In this document: piece after piece, positions 16,962 to 29,272 of the stretch | Layout: the number at the start of each line of letters is the position of its first letter | Numbering within the stretch: position 1 is the stretch's first letter | From: Candidatus Saccharimonadota bacterium | Lineage (GTDB): Bacteria > Patescibacteriota > Saccharimonadia > Saccharimonadales > UBA4665 | Assembly (NCBI GenBank): GCA_002952755.1 | Contig: CP025011.1 | Location: 1,260,001-1,292,000, forward strand | DNA length: 32,000 nucleotides | Reading direction: 5' to 3' | Position numbers and translations under genes: made by a program | The notes under the pieces: model-generated | Told to the model about the DNA's origin: nothing | The model's input: only the letters and a program-made list of their open reading frames with translations | Databases searched by the model: none

Positions 16962-18887
16962 ATGCAGTTTGTGGAAGTATTACCCGGAGATGCTACGTAC
17001 CACGGTCACGAGCCCTTAACCTACGGTAGTAGAGATCGGCTGGCCATAGGTACGATCGTATCTGTACCATTACGCAAAAAACATATCTTAGGAGTAGTAG
17101 TAAAATCGGCCCAAAGGCCAGCTTTTGCTGTAAAACAGATAGATAAAGCGCTGCCCCTTCCACCCCTTCCTACTGAGCTTATCGAACTTATCAGCTGGAT
17201 AGCCGCCTACTATCCGGCCGCTCTCGGTATCATTACTCAACTCATGTTGCCCAAGGCCCTACCTAAAAAACCAATGATAGCTGCAGTAGCTCTTTCACCG
17301 GCCACAGCCTCACCCGAGCTGACAAAAGACCAGAAAAAGGTACTATCAAGCGTCAATAACCAGGGGCTTCATCTATTGCATGGCGAAACAGGGACGGGCA
17401 AAACTCGAATATACATTGAACTCGCCAAACGGGCGATTAACGCAGGGCGATCAGTGATTATTCTTACTCCAGAAATAGGTCTTACTTCACAATTAGCAAA
17501 TAATTTTGTTGAGGTCTTTGGGCAAGGAGTTATTATCCAACACTCCAAGCTAAGCGAAGCGACACGAAAACAGAATTGGCAATATATGCTAGAACAAACG
17601 AAACCGCAAATTGTTATCGGCGCGCGGTCAGCGCTGTTTAGTCCAATTAGGAATGTCGGATTGATCGTAATCGATGAAGCTCATGAAACAGCATATAAAC
17701 AAGATCAAGCCCCATATTACCTTACTACTACGGTAGCCGCTAAGCTGGCGTCTTTCCATCGTGCCCAGCTTATCCTAGGCTCTGCTACTCCCTTAGTAAG
17801 CGACTATTACATAGCTAAGGCCAAAGGGCGCCCCATTCTTCGCATGACAGAAACGGCAAGCAAATTCATCGACTCCCAGCGCACAATTGAGATTATAGAC
17901 ATACGTGACCGCAACTTGTTTACTAAAAGTCCGCATCTTTCAAATGCATTAATTAATCGTATGGAAACCGCTTTGCAAAATGGCGCGCAAATATTACTCT
18001 TTTTGAATAGACGCGGTACTGCACGGATAGTATTTTGTGAACGATGTGGATGGCAAGCTACATGTCCTCATTGTGATCTGGCGCTTATCTATCACGGCGA
18101 TACTCATACGATGCGATGCCATTCGTGTGACTTTAAAACGTCAAGCCCTCCCGGATGTCCAGAATGTCAAAACCCTTCGATTGTGTATAAAACGATTGGC
18201 ACGAAAGCTATAGTTGAAGAGGTTGGCCGTTTATTCCCAGAAGCGATCACGATGCGCTTTGATACCGACAACATGCAGAGCGAACGGATGGAACAACAAT
18301 ACGAGGCTCTCCGGGAGGGTAAAATTAATATACTCGTCGGGACACAAACAATCGCAAAGGGGCTCGACCTCCCTAATTTAGGTCTGGTGGGAATACTTAT
18401 AGCTGATAGTGGTCTTAACTTTCCTGACTTTAGCGCGGAAGAGCGGACCTACCAACTCCTAACCCAAGTCATCGGAAGAGTAGGGCGCGGTCACCGCGCC
18501 GGTCAGGTCGTATTGCAGACATATACACCTGAAAGTCCGCTAATTCGAGCAATTACTGCAGGGGACTGGGATTATTTTTACAACAAAGAACTAGACGAAC
18601 GTCGGAGATTTGTGTTCCCCCCCTTCTGCTATATTCTTAAACTGCAGTGCAAACGGGCCACGAGTATATCGTCGGAGCATACAGCAAGAGCTTTGGCTGA
18701 ACAGTTACGCAGCCGGAGATACAAGATTGCTATCGAAGGCCCAGCACCTTCTTTCCATGAGAAATTGCAAAACAAATTTATTTGGCAAATCATTGTCAAA
18801 TCTACACAACGGTCAGAATTAGTAAAGATTATAAAAGAATTGCCGAGCGGTTGGAGCTACGATATAGACCCTATGAATCTGTTGTAA
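16962..18887 (+). CDS. priA: Primosomal protein N' (replication restart helicase PriA)
   Basis: Walker A GETGTGKT, DEAHE box, and double zinc-finger insert CERCGWQATCPHCD...CHSCDF...CPECQ. Confidence 0.92.
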   Translation: MQFVEVLPGDATYHGHEPLTYGSRDRLAIGTIVSVPLRKKHILGVVVKSAQRPAFAVKQIDKALPLPPLPTELIELISWIAAYYPAALGIITQLMLPKALPKKPMIAAVALSPATASPELTKDQKKVLSSVNNQGLHLLHGETGTGKTRIYIELAKRAINAGRSVIILTPEIGLTSQLANNFVEVFGQGVIIQHSKLSEATRKQNWQYMLEQTKPQIVIGARSALFSPIRNVGLIVIDEAHETAYKQDQAPYYLTTTVAAKLASFHRAQLILGSATPLVSDYYIAKAKGRPILRMTETASKFIDSQRTIEIIDIRDRNLFTKSPHLSNALINRMETALQNGAQILLFLNRRGTARIVFCERCGWQATCPHCDLALIYHGDTHTMRCHSCDFKTSSPPGCPECQNPSIVYKTIGTKAIVEEVGRLFPEAITMRFDTDNMQSERMEQQYEALREGKINILVGTQTIAKGLDLPNLGLVGILIADSGLNFPDFSAEERTYQLLTQVIGRVGRGHRAGQVVLQTYTPESPLIRAITAGDWDYFYNKELDERRRFVFPPFCYILKLQCKRATSISSEHTARALAEQLRSRRYKIAIEGPAPSFHEKLQNKFIWQIIVKSTQRSELVKIIKELPSGWSYDIDPMNLL

Positions 18888-18916
18888 TTATCTTGATCTC
18901 CGTTATACTTTTTGAC

Positions 18917-19489
18917 ATGCACAGAGATGCCATCATTACACTTCCCAACACTCACTTGCGGGAACGGTCCAAAAAAGTAGGTATAATCACCGACCAAATT
19001 CAAGACCTTATTGCCAATATGCAGAGCGCTACTCTAGACTGGGAAGACAATCGAGAGCACGAGCTTGGGGTGGCACTTGCAGCCATTCAGATCGACTCAC
19101 CTCTAAGAGTTGTCATTATTCGTAATAATTTTGACAACAAGAAAGATAGATCATTCTCCATCTTCATTAACCCGGTTATTACGAAATACGAAGGTGACAT
19201 ACAAGAAGATTATGAGGGTTGCCTGAGCGTACCCGATATTTACGGTAAGGTCCCCCGATATAGCAAGGTGCGAATCCGTGCACTTGATAGCCAAGGCAGA
19301 GAAACACGACTAACCGCTACCGGATTCCTAGCAAGAGTATTTCAACATGAAATAGATCACACGAATGGTATCGTTTTTATAGATCATATCAAAAACAATC
19401 CAAACGCTTTCTACAAACTAAATGAAGATGGCGACCTGCAAGAACTGAACTATGAAAAATGCATTAGAACCAATCATATTCTTTGGTAG
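18917..19489 (+). CDS. def: Peptide deformylase
   Basis: EGCLSVP and HEIDH motifs. I place the start at the ATG at 18917 (MHRDAIITLP); the track's extension to 18782 overlaps the priA 3' end. Confidence 0.9.
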   Translation: MHRDAIITLPNTHLRERSKKVGIITDQIQDLIANMQSATLDWEDNREHELGVALAAIQIDSPLRVVIIRNNFDNKKDRSFSIFINPVITKYEGDIQEDYEGCLSVPDIYGKVPRYSKVRIRALDSQGRETRLTATGFLARVFQHEIDHTNGIVFIDHIKNNPNAFYKLNEDGDLQELNYEKCIRTNHILW

Positions 19490-20390
19490 TGGCCCCGTTG
19501 CAGCCAAGAGCCTGGAGTTGCTGGCACAACATTTTGTATTCGAGGCGATTATAACAAAACCCCGGGCGGCGCACCATACCGGAGACGTACCTGTTATAGC
19601 AGTCGCAGAACAACTTGGAGCTCCTTTACTCTTTGCCTCAACCAAACAGGAGCTTGATGACGTGTTCTACGATTATAAGCCTAGGAGCAAGGTTGCGATA
19701 TTAATCGACTTCGGTATTATTGTATCTCAAACAATCATCAACCGTTTTGCACTAGGTATTATTAATAGTCATTTTTCAATCCTGCCGGAATGGCGTGGCG
19801 CCGATCCTATTACCTTTGCTATTTTAAGCGGACAAAAACAAACTGGTGTCAGTCTCATGCTTCTCGTACCTGCTATGGACGAAGGGCCACTTATCGCCTA
19901 CGACACTTACGACCTACCGAAGACCATTACTGCGCCCGAGCTCACTACCAACCTCATCTATTTAAGCCACAAACTACTTACAAAAGAGCTGCCAAAATAC
20001 CTGGCCGGAAGTCGTGGAGTCACCCCACAAGAGGAGATGACCAATCGACAAGTATCGTACTCGCGAAAGCTAACCAAGGAAGATGGTATTTTAGACTGGA
20101 GTAAGCCAGCAGACCAGCTGGAACGGGAGATTCGCGCCTTCATTGAGTGGCCAAAGAGCCGCTTCCAGCTTGGAGATTCTTCGGCTATCGTCACTCAGTC
20201 GCATGTTTTAGACGAACAAGGGCACCCAGGGAGACGTACCATAATAGATAGACAACCAGCCATATACTGTAGAGAAAAAACGCTGGTGCTCGATAAAATA
20301 AAACCGGCCGGGAAGAAAGAAATGACCGGCCAAGCATTCCTGGCCGGCTATAAAAATATCTTCTTAGGCGCTCAAGCGGCTAGGTCGTAA
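19452..20390 (+). CDS. fmt: Methionyl-tRNA formyltransferase
   Basis: FFGSG N-terminus and the NSHFSILPEWRGADPI motif. def-fmt synteny, with a 38-nt overlap with def. Confidence 0.9.
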   Translation: MKNALEPIIFFGSGPVAAKSLELLAQHFVFEAIITKPRAAHHTGDVPVIAVAEQLGAPLLFASTKQELDDVFYDYKPRSKVAILIDFGIIVSQTIINRFALGIINSHFSILPEWRGADPITFAILSGQKQTGVSLMLLVPAMDEGPLIAYDTYDLPKTITAPELTTNLIYLSHKLLTKELPKYLAGSRGVTPQEEMTNRQVSYSRKLTKEDGILDWSKPADQLEREIRAFIEWPKSRFQLGDSSAIVTQSHVLDEQGHPGRRTIIDRQPAIYCREKTLVLDKIKPAGKKEMTGQAFLAGYKNIFLGAQAARS

Positions 20391-20863
20391 TCGCCTTGCT
20401 GTCGCGTTTCTTGTGATGGCATATGAGGCGGCAGAGGCTGTTGCGGTGGGTATGGCGGGTATGCTTGTGGCACAGGAGCTGCCCCCGGAGAAGTGTAGGG
20501 CTGGGAATTTGATGCAGGCATGGCTGGCATCTGCTGAGATTGCGCTGCTGCCTGCTGACTGGAAGCTAGTATCTGGGGTGCTACCTGGCTTATTTCCATC
20601 TTAAGGTTTTCGAATTCAGCCGCGACGACATCTTTATAGTTTGGGAAGTTTGTTTCGAGCCACTGCAGTGCGCCCGCCTCGTCATTCCTTTCTATAAACT
20701 GCTCGAACTCGCTTAGCTGGGCGTCCGTCATCTGTTCAGCTAACTTCATCCCAACTCGCATTTCCAACGTTTCATAGATATGGGCGAGGAGCTTTTTCTT
20801 TTCCTCAGGAGGCAGCCCGGCGAGGCCGAGTTCGCGGAGTAAGTCGTCATCAAGTTTAATCAT
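20372..20863 (-). CDS. Hypothetical protein: helical N-domain (DUF5663-like, from memory) plus a Pro/Gln-rich low-complexity C-terminal tail
   Basis: MIKLDDDLLRELGLAGLPPEEKKKLLAHIYETLEMRVG... followed by ...QQAAAQSQQMPAMPASNSQPYTSPGAAPVPQAYPPYPPQQPLPPHMPSQ. Confidence 0.6.
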   Translation of the reverse strand: MIKLDDDLLRELGLAGLPPEEKKKLLAHIYETLEMRVGMKLAEQMTDAQLSEFEQFIERNDEAGALQWLETNFPNYKDVVAAEFENLKMEISQVAPQILASSQQAAAQSQQMPAMPASNSQPYTSPGAAPVPQAYPPYPPQQPLPPHMPSQETRQQGDYDLAA

Positions 20864-20910
20864 CTATTATCCCTCTCCAGTCTATTTTATCACCATTTTA
20901 GCGAAAAGCA

Positions 20911-22674
20911 CTACAGACTGCGTGCCACTGTCGTACGCGTGAAGACTTCTATATGATCCCCTTCTTGAAGCTCTACACGCTCGTTGATCTTAAAGCTTAA
21001 ACCACACATCTCACCCTCAAGCACTTCCTTGACGTCTTGGGGGCCACGCTTAAGATTAGTAATTTCTACTTCAGCCAGTTTCTGAGAATCTCGCATAACT
21101 CGTGCCAATGCAGGTACTGCCATTTTGCCTTTGGTAACTTCCCCACCGCAGATAATTTCAGTCTTTGTAGTCTTAAATATTGCTCGAACTATCAAACGGC
21201 CAAGGTCAGTTTCAATGACTTCTGGGGCAAGGAGCTTACTGAGCCCGTTCTTAACGTCATCTATGAGCTCATATATAACACTATATAAACGGATCTCAAC
21301 CTTATCACGTGACGCCACTCTCTTAACGTTGGATGGAGCTACGACGTTAAATCCATAAATAATCGCATCGCTCGATGCCGCTGTGCGAATATCGTTGTCA
21401 CTGATGTTGCCCACGCCAGAGCTAACGATACGAATAGCCACCTCGTCAGTATCAAGCGCCTTCAAACTATCAACAACAGAGGTGAGCGAACCTTGCACAT
21501 CAGCACGAACAATAATATTAAGTTCCTGCACTTTGTTGTTACGATTAATGATTCGGATCAGCTCACCGCTAGAGATATCGCCGTGCCCAGTGTCGGCATG
21601 TTTTTGTATAGCACCCTGTTCTGCTAGAGATCGAGCCGTTTTTTCATCATATACCACGCTAAATTCATCTCCAAACTCTGGAGGTGCCTTAAAACCGGCA
21701 ATAACAACAGGCGTCGAAGGGCCAGCGAGAGCCAACGGTTTACCGTTGGTCGTATCCAGAGTACGAATCTTAGCATATGTTGCGCCTGCAACAACAAAGT
21801 CACCAGGTTTTAGAGTGCCCTCCTCTATAAGAGCGTTAGCCACAGGGCCACGTCCTTGCTCTACATGAGACTCGATAATAAGGCCAACTGCAGGAGCGTC
21901 AACGACCGCACGATAATCTTCCACATCGGCAACCAAGAGGATCATGTCGAGCAGATTATCTATCCCCTTCTTTGTCTTAGCCGAAAGTTCAACAGCAACC
22001 GTGTCGCCGCCCCACTCCTCGACTAATAAGTTCTGCTCAGCAAGTTGCTGCTTAATTCGATTTGAATCAGCACCCTCTTTATCAATCTTGTTAATCGCAA
22101 CGATGATTTTCGTTCCAGCCTTGCGCGCAAAACGAATTGCCTCTAGTGTCTGCGGTTTTATTCCGTCATCTGCAGCAATAACAATTATTGCTATATCAGT
22201 CAGATGCGCACCATGCTCACGTATGGCAGCAAACGCTTCATGTCCGGGCGTGTCTAAGAAGGTAATTGGACGCTTATTATGGGTAATCTGGTATGCAGAG
22301 ATATGCTGGGTAATGCCGCCGGCTTCACCCTTGGCCACGTGTGCATCTCGAATTGCATCCAGTAAACTTGTTTTTCCATGATCTACATGGCCCATAACAG
22401 CAACCACGGGAGGACGTGACGTGGCAGTCCCATTATTCGATTGTCGCTTATCCCTTTTTGGTAAGGCTATTTCCTGGATCTTTTTCTGCAATTCGACATC
22501 TAGCCCGATTTCCTGGACTATAATCTGAGCCGTATCAAAGTCGATACGCTCATTTACCGTCGTCATGACACCGTTCTTGAATAGTTCGCTGATCAAGCGT
22601 GTCACCGGTAGACTCAACTTATCGGCTAGGGCGCCAACGGTGATTGTATCTTCAACTTCGATTATTCTACTCAC
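20911..22674 (-). CDS. infB: Translation initiation factor IF-2 (short form)
   Basis: GTPase motifs GHVDHGKT, DTPGH, NKID. C-terminal IF-2 domains. GTG start with GGAG upstream. Confidence 0.93.
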   Translation of the reverse strand: MSRIIEVEDTITVGALADKLSLPVTRLISELFKNGVMTTVNERIDFDTAQIIVQEIGLDVELQKKIQEIALPKRDKRQSNNGTATSRPPVVAVMGHVDHGKTSLLDAIRDAHVAKGEAGGITQHISAYQITHNKRPITFLDTPGHEAFAAIREHGAHLTDIAIIVIAADDGIKPQTLEAIRFARKAGTKIIVAINKIDKEGADSNRIKQQLAEQNLLVEEWGGDTVAVELSAKTKKGIDNLLDMILLVADVEDYRAVVDAPAVGLIIESHVEQGRGPVANALIEEGTLKPGDFVVAGATYAKIRTLDTTNGKPLALAGPSTPVVIAGFKAPPEFGDEFSVVYDEKTARSLAEQGAIQKHADTGHGDISSGELIRIINRNNKVQELNIIVRADVQGSLTSVVDSLKALDTDEVAIRIVSSGVGNISDNDIRTAASSDAIIYGFNVVAPSNVKRVASRDKVEIRLYSVIYELIDDVKNGLSKLLAPEVIETDLGRLIVRAIFKTTKTEIICGGEVTKGKMAVPALARVMRDSQKLAEVEITNLKRGPQDVKEVLEGEMCGLSFKINERVELQEGDHIEVFTRTTVARSL

Positions 22675-22727
22675 TGTCGCACTCCTTTCTGCCGAATAGT
22701 CCGGCGATACACCCTACGTATAAGCGC

Positions 22728-23792
22728 TTATTTAGCGTTCTTAAGACTCAAAGCGATCTTACGCGCTTCAGTGTCAATATCGAGCACCTTGAACTGTTTC
22801 TTCTCGTTCAGCTTAAAGATTTGCTGAGGATCAACGGTATCGTCATCGCTCATTTCCGAAACGTGCACCAGTGCTTCCACACTGGGGCTTAGCTGTACAA
22901 ACGCGCCAAAAGGAGTAATACGGGTTATCTTGCCCTCGACGACGTCACCCTTAGCAAAAGCCTTAACCTCTTTCAACCAAGGATCTTCGCTCATCTGTTT
23001 GAGGCTTAGTGAGAGCCGGTCCTTGTCTATGGCAATGATCTTTGCTTTGACCATCTCACCCACTTTAACGTAGTCACGGGGGTCCTCGACGCGCTCCCAG
23101 GAAATCTCTGAGATATGGATAAGTCCTTCAATACCTTGTACATTCACAAAGGCACCGAAATCGATTACACCGGTAACCACACCCTCGACGACGTCACCTA
23201 CCTTTAATTCTGCAAAGCGGGCTTGCATATCATCCTTGACCGCCTCCTTCTCGGAGAAGATCAGTTTATTGTCCTTGCGGCTAACATCCAGGACTCGTAC
23301 GCGTATAGGCTTACCAACTAGGGCGTTCAACTTTTGTAAAATTTCGTCCTTGTCAGCTCCAGATACACGCGGGTAATGGCCCGCGGCCAACTGGCTTACA
23401 GGCAAAAAGCCACGTACGCTTTCCAGCTCTACAAGCAAACCGCCCCGGTTCGCATCATAGGGCATCACTTCTACAATTTCCTGTGCATCAAACATACGCT
23501 TGAGTTCGTCCCAGCCGCGATCCTTAGCTGCACGCTTCATGCTGAGCAATGCGTGGCCTTCGTCGAGTTCTGGGTCAATAACGCTCACCGTTACTGGCTG
23601 GTTAACCTCAAGCTGCTGTCCATGGCTGATTTCCCTGCGCATGACAACACCGACGCCTCTGGCGCCCAGGTCGATCCACACTTCGTGTTTCTTTACCGAA
23701 CTTACTACCCCCTCAATAACGTCGCCAGCTTCTAACTGCTTAACTTCGTCACCCTGGAGCAATTCGTCCATTGTTATAGATGTCTTTGACAT
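22728..23792 (-). CDS. rpsA: 30S ribosomal protein S1 (four S1 domains)
   Basis: Repeated S1/OB motifs (G.V.EG.V...GA.V.L..GV.G..H.SE). I place the start at the ATG at 23792 (MSKTSITM), with AAGGAGG 11 nt upstream. Confidence 0.88.
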   Translation of the reverse strand: MSKTSITMDELLQGDEVKQLEAGDVIEGVVSSVKKHEVWIDLGARGVGVVMRREISHGQQLEVNQPVTVSVIDPELDEGHALLSMKRAAKDRGWDELKRMFDAQEIVEVMPYDANRGGLLVELESVRGFLPVSQLAAGHYPRVSGADKDEILQKLNALVGKPIRVRVLDVSRKDNKLIFSEKEAVKDDMQARFAELKVGDVVEGVVTGVIDFGAFVNVQGIEGLIHISEISWERVEDPRDYVKVGEMVKAKIIAIDKDRLSLSLKQMSEDPWLKEVKAFAKGDVVEGKITRITPFGAFVQLSPSVEALVHVSEMSDDDTVDPQQIFKLNEKKQFKVLDIDTEARKIALSLKNAK

Positions 23793-23937
23793 GTCTCTAC
23801 ATGCCTCCTTGTATAGTATTTCTGCCACCCACTCTATTAGAGTAGACGTTAGATTAGTACTGATTATAACTCCTTTTATATCGGGGGTCAAAGGGTATAG
23901 AAAAGAGCCTCCTGCTCATGATACACTGAGTAGCAGT

Positions 23938-24759
23938 ATGTACCTGGGGATTGACATTGGAGGCACCAAAACGCTGGTAGCTAGTTTGAGCAATGACGGT
24001 GTCATTCAGGAAAAAGTCCGCTTTGCAACGCCTCAAGATTACAGCGTATTCTTAGTGCTTTTGGAAAAATATGTAGATGATCTTACAATAAATGATCTCA
24101 TCGCGTGCGGAGTTGCCGTGCCCGGCAAACTTGACCGTGCACACGGCATCGGACTCGCTATGGGCAATTTACCCTGGAAGGATGTACCAATAGCAGAAGA
24201 CGTGAAACATATTGTCGAGTGCCCTACTGTTGTCGAGAATGATGCCAACCTAGCTGGACTCTCCGAGGCGATGCTTCTAAAAGATCGTTATAATCGTGTC
24301 CTATACGTCACTATCAGTACTGGTATTGGCACAGGGGTTATCGTCAACCAGGAGATTGCACCCGGCTTTATCGACTCCGAAGGTGGACAAGTTATGGTTG
24401 AAAGCGCCGGCCGACTACTGCCTTGGGAAAAATTAATATCTGGCCAAGCCATAGTGAAACGCTTTGGCAAACGAGCTCAAGATATTACCGATAGAGAAAC
24501 GTGGAGCATCATTGCGCACGATATCGGACTAGGGCTCATAGACCTTATTGCCATGATGCAACCACAGATTATCGTGTTGGGAGGCGGCGTAGACACATAT
24601 TTCGATCGTTTTTCCGGCTTCTTGGCAAAAGATTTAAAACGGTATGAGACACCTATCGTCGCTATTCCGCCAATTATAGCCGCCGCACGTCCTGACGATG
24701 CAGTTGTATACGGGTGCTACGATTTAGCAAAAATGCGCTATGGAAAAATTTATAGCTAG
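23938..24759 (+). CDS. ROK-family sugar kinase (glucokinase-like)
   Basis: MYLGIDIGGTKT ATPase motif and ENDANLAGLSEA. The 146-codon N-terminal extension in the track (from 23500) is antisense to rpsA and is not credible. Confidence 0.8.
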   Translation: MYLGIDIGGTKTLVASLSNDGVIQEKVRFATPQDYSVFLVLLEKYVDDLTINDLIACGVAVPGKLDRAHGIGLAMGNLPWKDVPIAEDVKHIVECPTVVENDANLAGLSEAMLLKDRYNRVLYVTISTGIGTGVIVNQEIAPGFIDSEGGQVMVESAGRLLPWEKLISGQAIVKRFGKRAQDITDRETWSIIAHDIGLGLIDLIAMMQPQIIVLGGGVDTYFDRFSGFLAKDLKRYETPIVAIPPIIAAARPDDAVVYGCYDLAKMRYGKIYS

Positions 24760-25201
24760 GCTAGAACAAAACTATCCGCAATTAACTTTTACAGCCGATG
24801 ACATGAATTATTGGTCACCTACGGAAAAAACCATTTTCTATATTTCAAAAACAGATGAGAGGGCAATGGCCTCAGTATTACACGAGTTATCTCATGCTCT
24901 TCTGGGGCATCAAAATTATGGTAACGATCTTGAGCTATTAAACAAAGAAGTGGCAGCATGGCAGAATGCCCTCGACCTTTCTGCTGAATACGAGATCTCT
25001 ATTAGCAATGAACACATCCAAGACTGCTTAGACACATATCGGGAGTGGCTTCACAGAAGAAGCACATGTCCAACATGTAAAAGCTCGGGTCTACAAATAA
25101 CAGAAAATATCTATACGTGTATTAACTGCCATCAGGAGTGGAAAGTGAGTAGATCACGACTTTACCGTCCCTATAGGCAATGCATAAAGACTGGAACCTG
25201 A
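24740..25201 (+). CDS. Hypothetical HExxH protein with a C-terminal CxxC...CxxC zinc ribbon (putative small metallopeptidase-like or regulatory protein)
   Basis: HELSHALLGH motif and CPTCKSSG...CINCH. It overlaps the ROK kinase 3' end by 20 nt, which suggests translational coupling. Confidence 0.6.
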   Translation: MEKFIARLEQNYPQLTFTADDMNYWSPTEKTIFYISKTDERAMASVLHELSHALLGHQNYGNDLELLNKEVAAWQNALDLSAEYEISISNEHIQDCLDTYREWLHRRSTCPTCKSSGLQITENIYTCINCHQEWKVSRSRLYRPYRQCIKTGT

Positions 25202-25216
25202 GGCTCCAGTCTTTAT
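25184..25216. terminator. Bidirectional hairpin terminator between convergent genes
   Basis: A 12-bp perfect stem, ataaagactgga (25184-25195) / tccagtctttat (25205-25216), with a 9-nt loop. It overlaps the TGA of the plus-strand gene. Confidence 0.65.
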
Positions 25217-25238
25217 CAGACTTCTGTCTAAGTCGCTT

Positions 25239-25472
25239 CTAGATCTTAGAGCGAGTGCCTTTTGGGCGGCGCGAGATACGACCACCAGTCCTACCTGCTT
25301 CTTTTGCCCGCTGAGGGCCGGTCAGACCATCGTCGCCAACTTTCTTGCTAGCGAAGCCTCCAGTACGGCCCAAAGCACCACCCTTGGCGCCAATAATAGC
25401 ATAGAAGTCCGCGCCTCTTTTTGCTTTGTTCGTTGCAGCAGCCTTTAAGCCGCCAATTTTTGTTCCAGCCAT
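25239..25472 (-). CDS. KGG-repeat general stress protein (YciG-like)
   Basis: 77-aa Gly/Lys/Arg-rich protein with repeated GAKGG / GRTGG motifs. GGGAGG RBS. Confidence 0.6.
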   Translation of the reverse strand: MAGTKIGGLKAAATNKAKRGADFYAIIGAKGGALGRTGGFASKKVGDDGLTGPQRAKEAGRTGGRISRRPKGTRSKI

Positions 25473-25571
25473 TTAAAACCTCCCATGGCTTAAGTCTCTT
25501 GCTCTCCAGAAACATAAAAGGGCCTCGCGTTTTAGGCGAGACCCTCCGTTGTTTCTTTCGAAACTATTAGC

Positions 25572-25600
25572 ATAATAACATGCTTATGAATCTATGTCAA
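25572..25600 (-). promoter_or_regulatory. Near-consensus promoter for the KGG stress-protein gene
   Basis: Minus strand: TTGACA (25600-25595), 17 nt spacer, TATTAT (25577-25572). About 90 nt of leader with a GC hairpin (ggcctcgc...gcgagacc). Confidence 0.6.
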
Positions 25601-25690
25601 TACTTATGCTTAGGTGGCTGCCTCTTTGCCTGCGCGCTATTACATTTCTCTAAGCTTCGTATCTGTTCTATTACTTCTTCTATATAAGAT

Positions 25691-25717
25691 AAAAGCCATC
25701 CTATTCGGATGGCTTTT
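25691..25717 (-). terminator. Terminator-like hairpin ending the rRNA operon
   Basis: aaaagccatcc (25691-25701) / ggatggctttt (25707-25717), immediately 3' of the 5S on the minus strand. Confidence 0.6.
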
Positions 25718-25723
25718 ATATAA

Positions 25724-25837
25724 TTCGGCACCGTGCTATTTTCCCAGGGGTTGACCCCAAGTATTGTAACCGCGGCGAGGCTTAACTGCTGTGTTCGGCA
25801 TGGGAACAGGTGTTTCCCTCGCGCCATGGGCACCGAA
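25724..25837 (-). rRNA. rrf: 5S ribosomal RNA
   Basis: The minus strand reads TTCGGTGCCCATGGCGCGAGGGAAACACCTGTTCCCATGCCGAACACAGCAGTTAAGC...GGTGCCGAA. This includes the universal CCGAACAC..GTTAAGC motif and a terminal helix I pairing. About 114 nt. Confidence 0.92.
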
Positions 25838-25912
25838 ATGACAGCACCAACGTATTGATGAACTGTCATTTCGGCAACCATACGGTGCTGATTTGGATTA
25901 CAAAAAACATGG

Positions 25913-25956
25913 AGACAAACGGGTGTTCAAAATATGATAAACACCAATAACTAGTC
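25913..25956. repeat. 3' arm of the 23S processing stem (pairs with 29237-29272)
   Basis: accaataactagtc (25943-25956) is the reverse complement of gactagttattggt (29237-29250). agacaaacgg (25913-25922) is the reverse complement of ccgtttgtct (29263-29272). Confidence 0.8.
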
Positions 25957-26005
25957 GATACATTCTCTCACTCTATCCAGACCGAAGTCTAGGGTCGAAT
26001 GAGAG

Positions 26006-29195
<3,190 letters not shown>

Positions 29196-29236
29196 AGTAA
29201 AATTAAGCCTTACGGCTTACTCTACTTTTATGCATT

Positions 29237-29272
29237 GACTAGTTATTGGTATTCACCAATAGCCGTTTGTCT
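29237..29272. repeat. 5' arm of the 23S processing stem (pairs with 25913-25956)
   Basis: See the partner arm. This is the classical RNase III-type stem bracketing the 23S. Confidence 0.8.

Noticed and set aside
23500-23937. N-terminal 146 codons of the 419-aa plus-strand ORF. The analogous 5' extensions at 18782-18916 (def) and 7597-7665 (ileS) fall in the same category.
   Set aside because: The extensions are antisense to, or overlap, well-supported genes or RNA elements. They have low-complexity composition, and conserved N-termini with better RBS context start at the internal ATGs.
25597-25881. 94-aa ORF.
   Set aside because: It lies directly on top of the 5S rRNA and its terminator.
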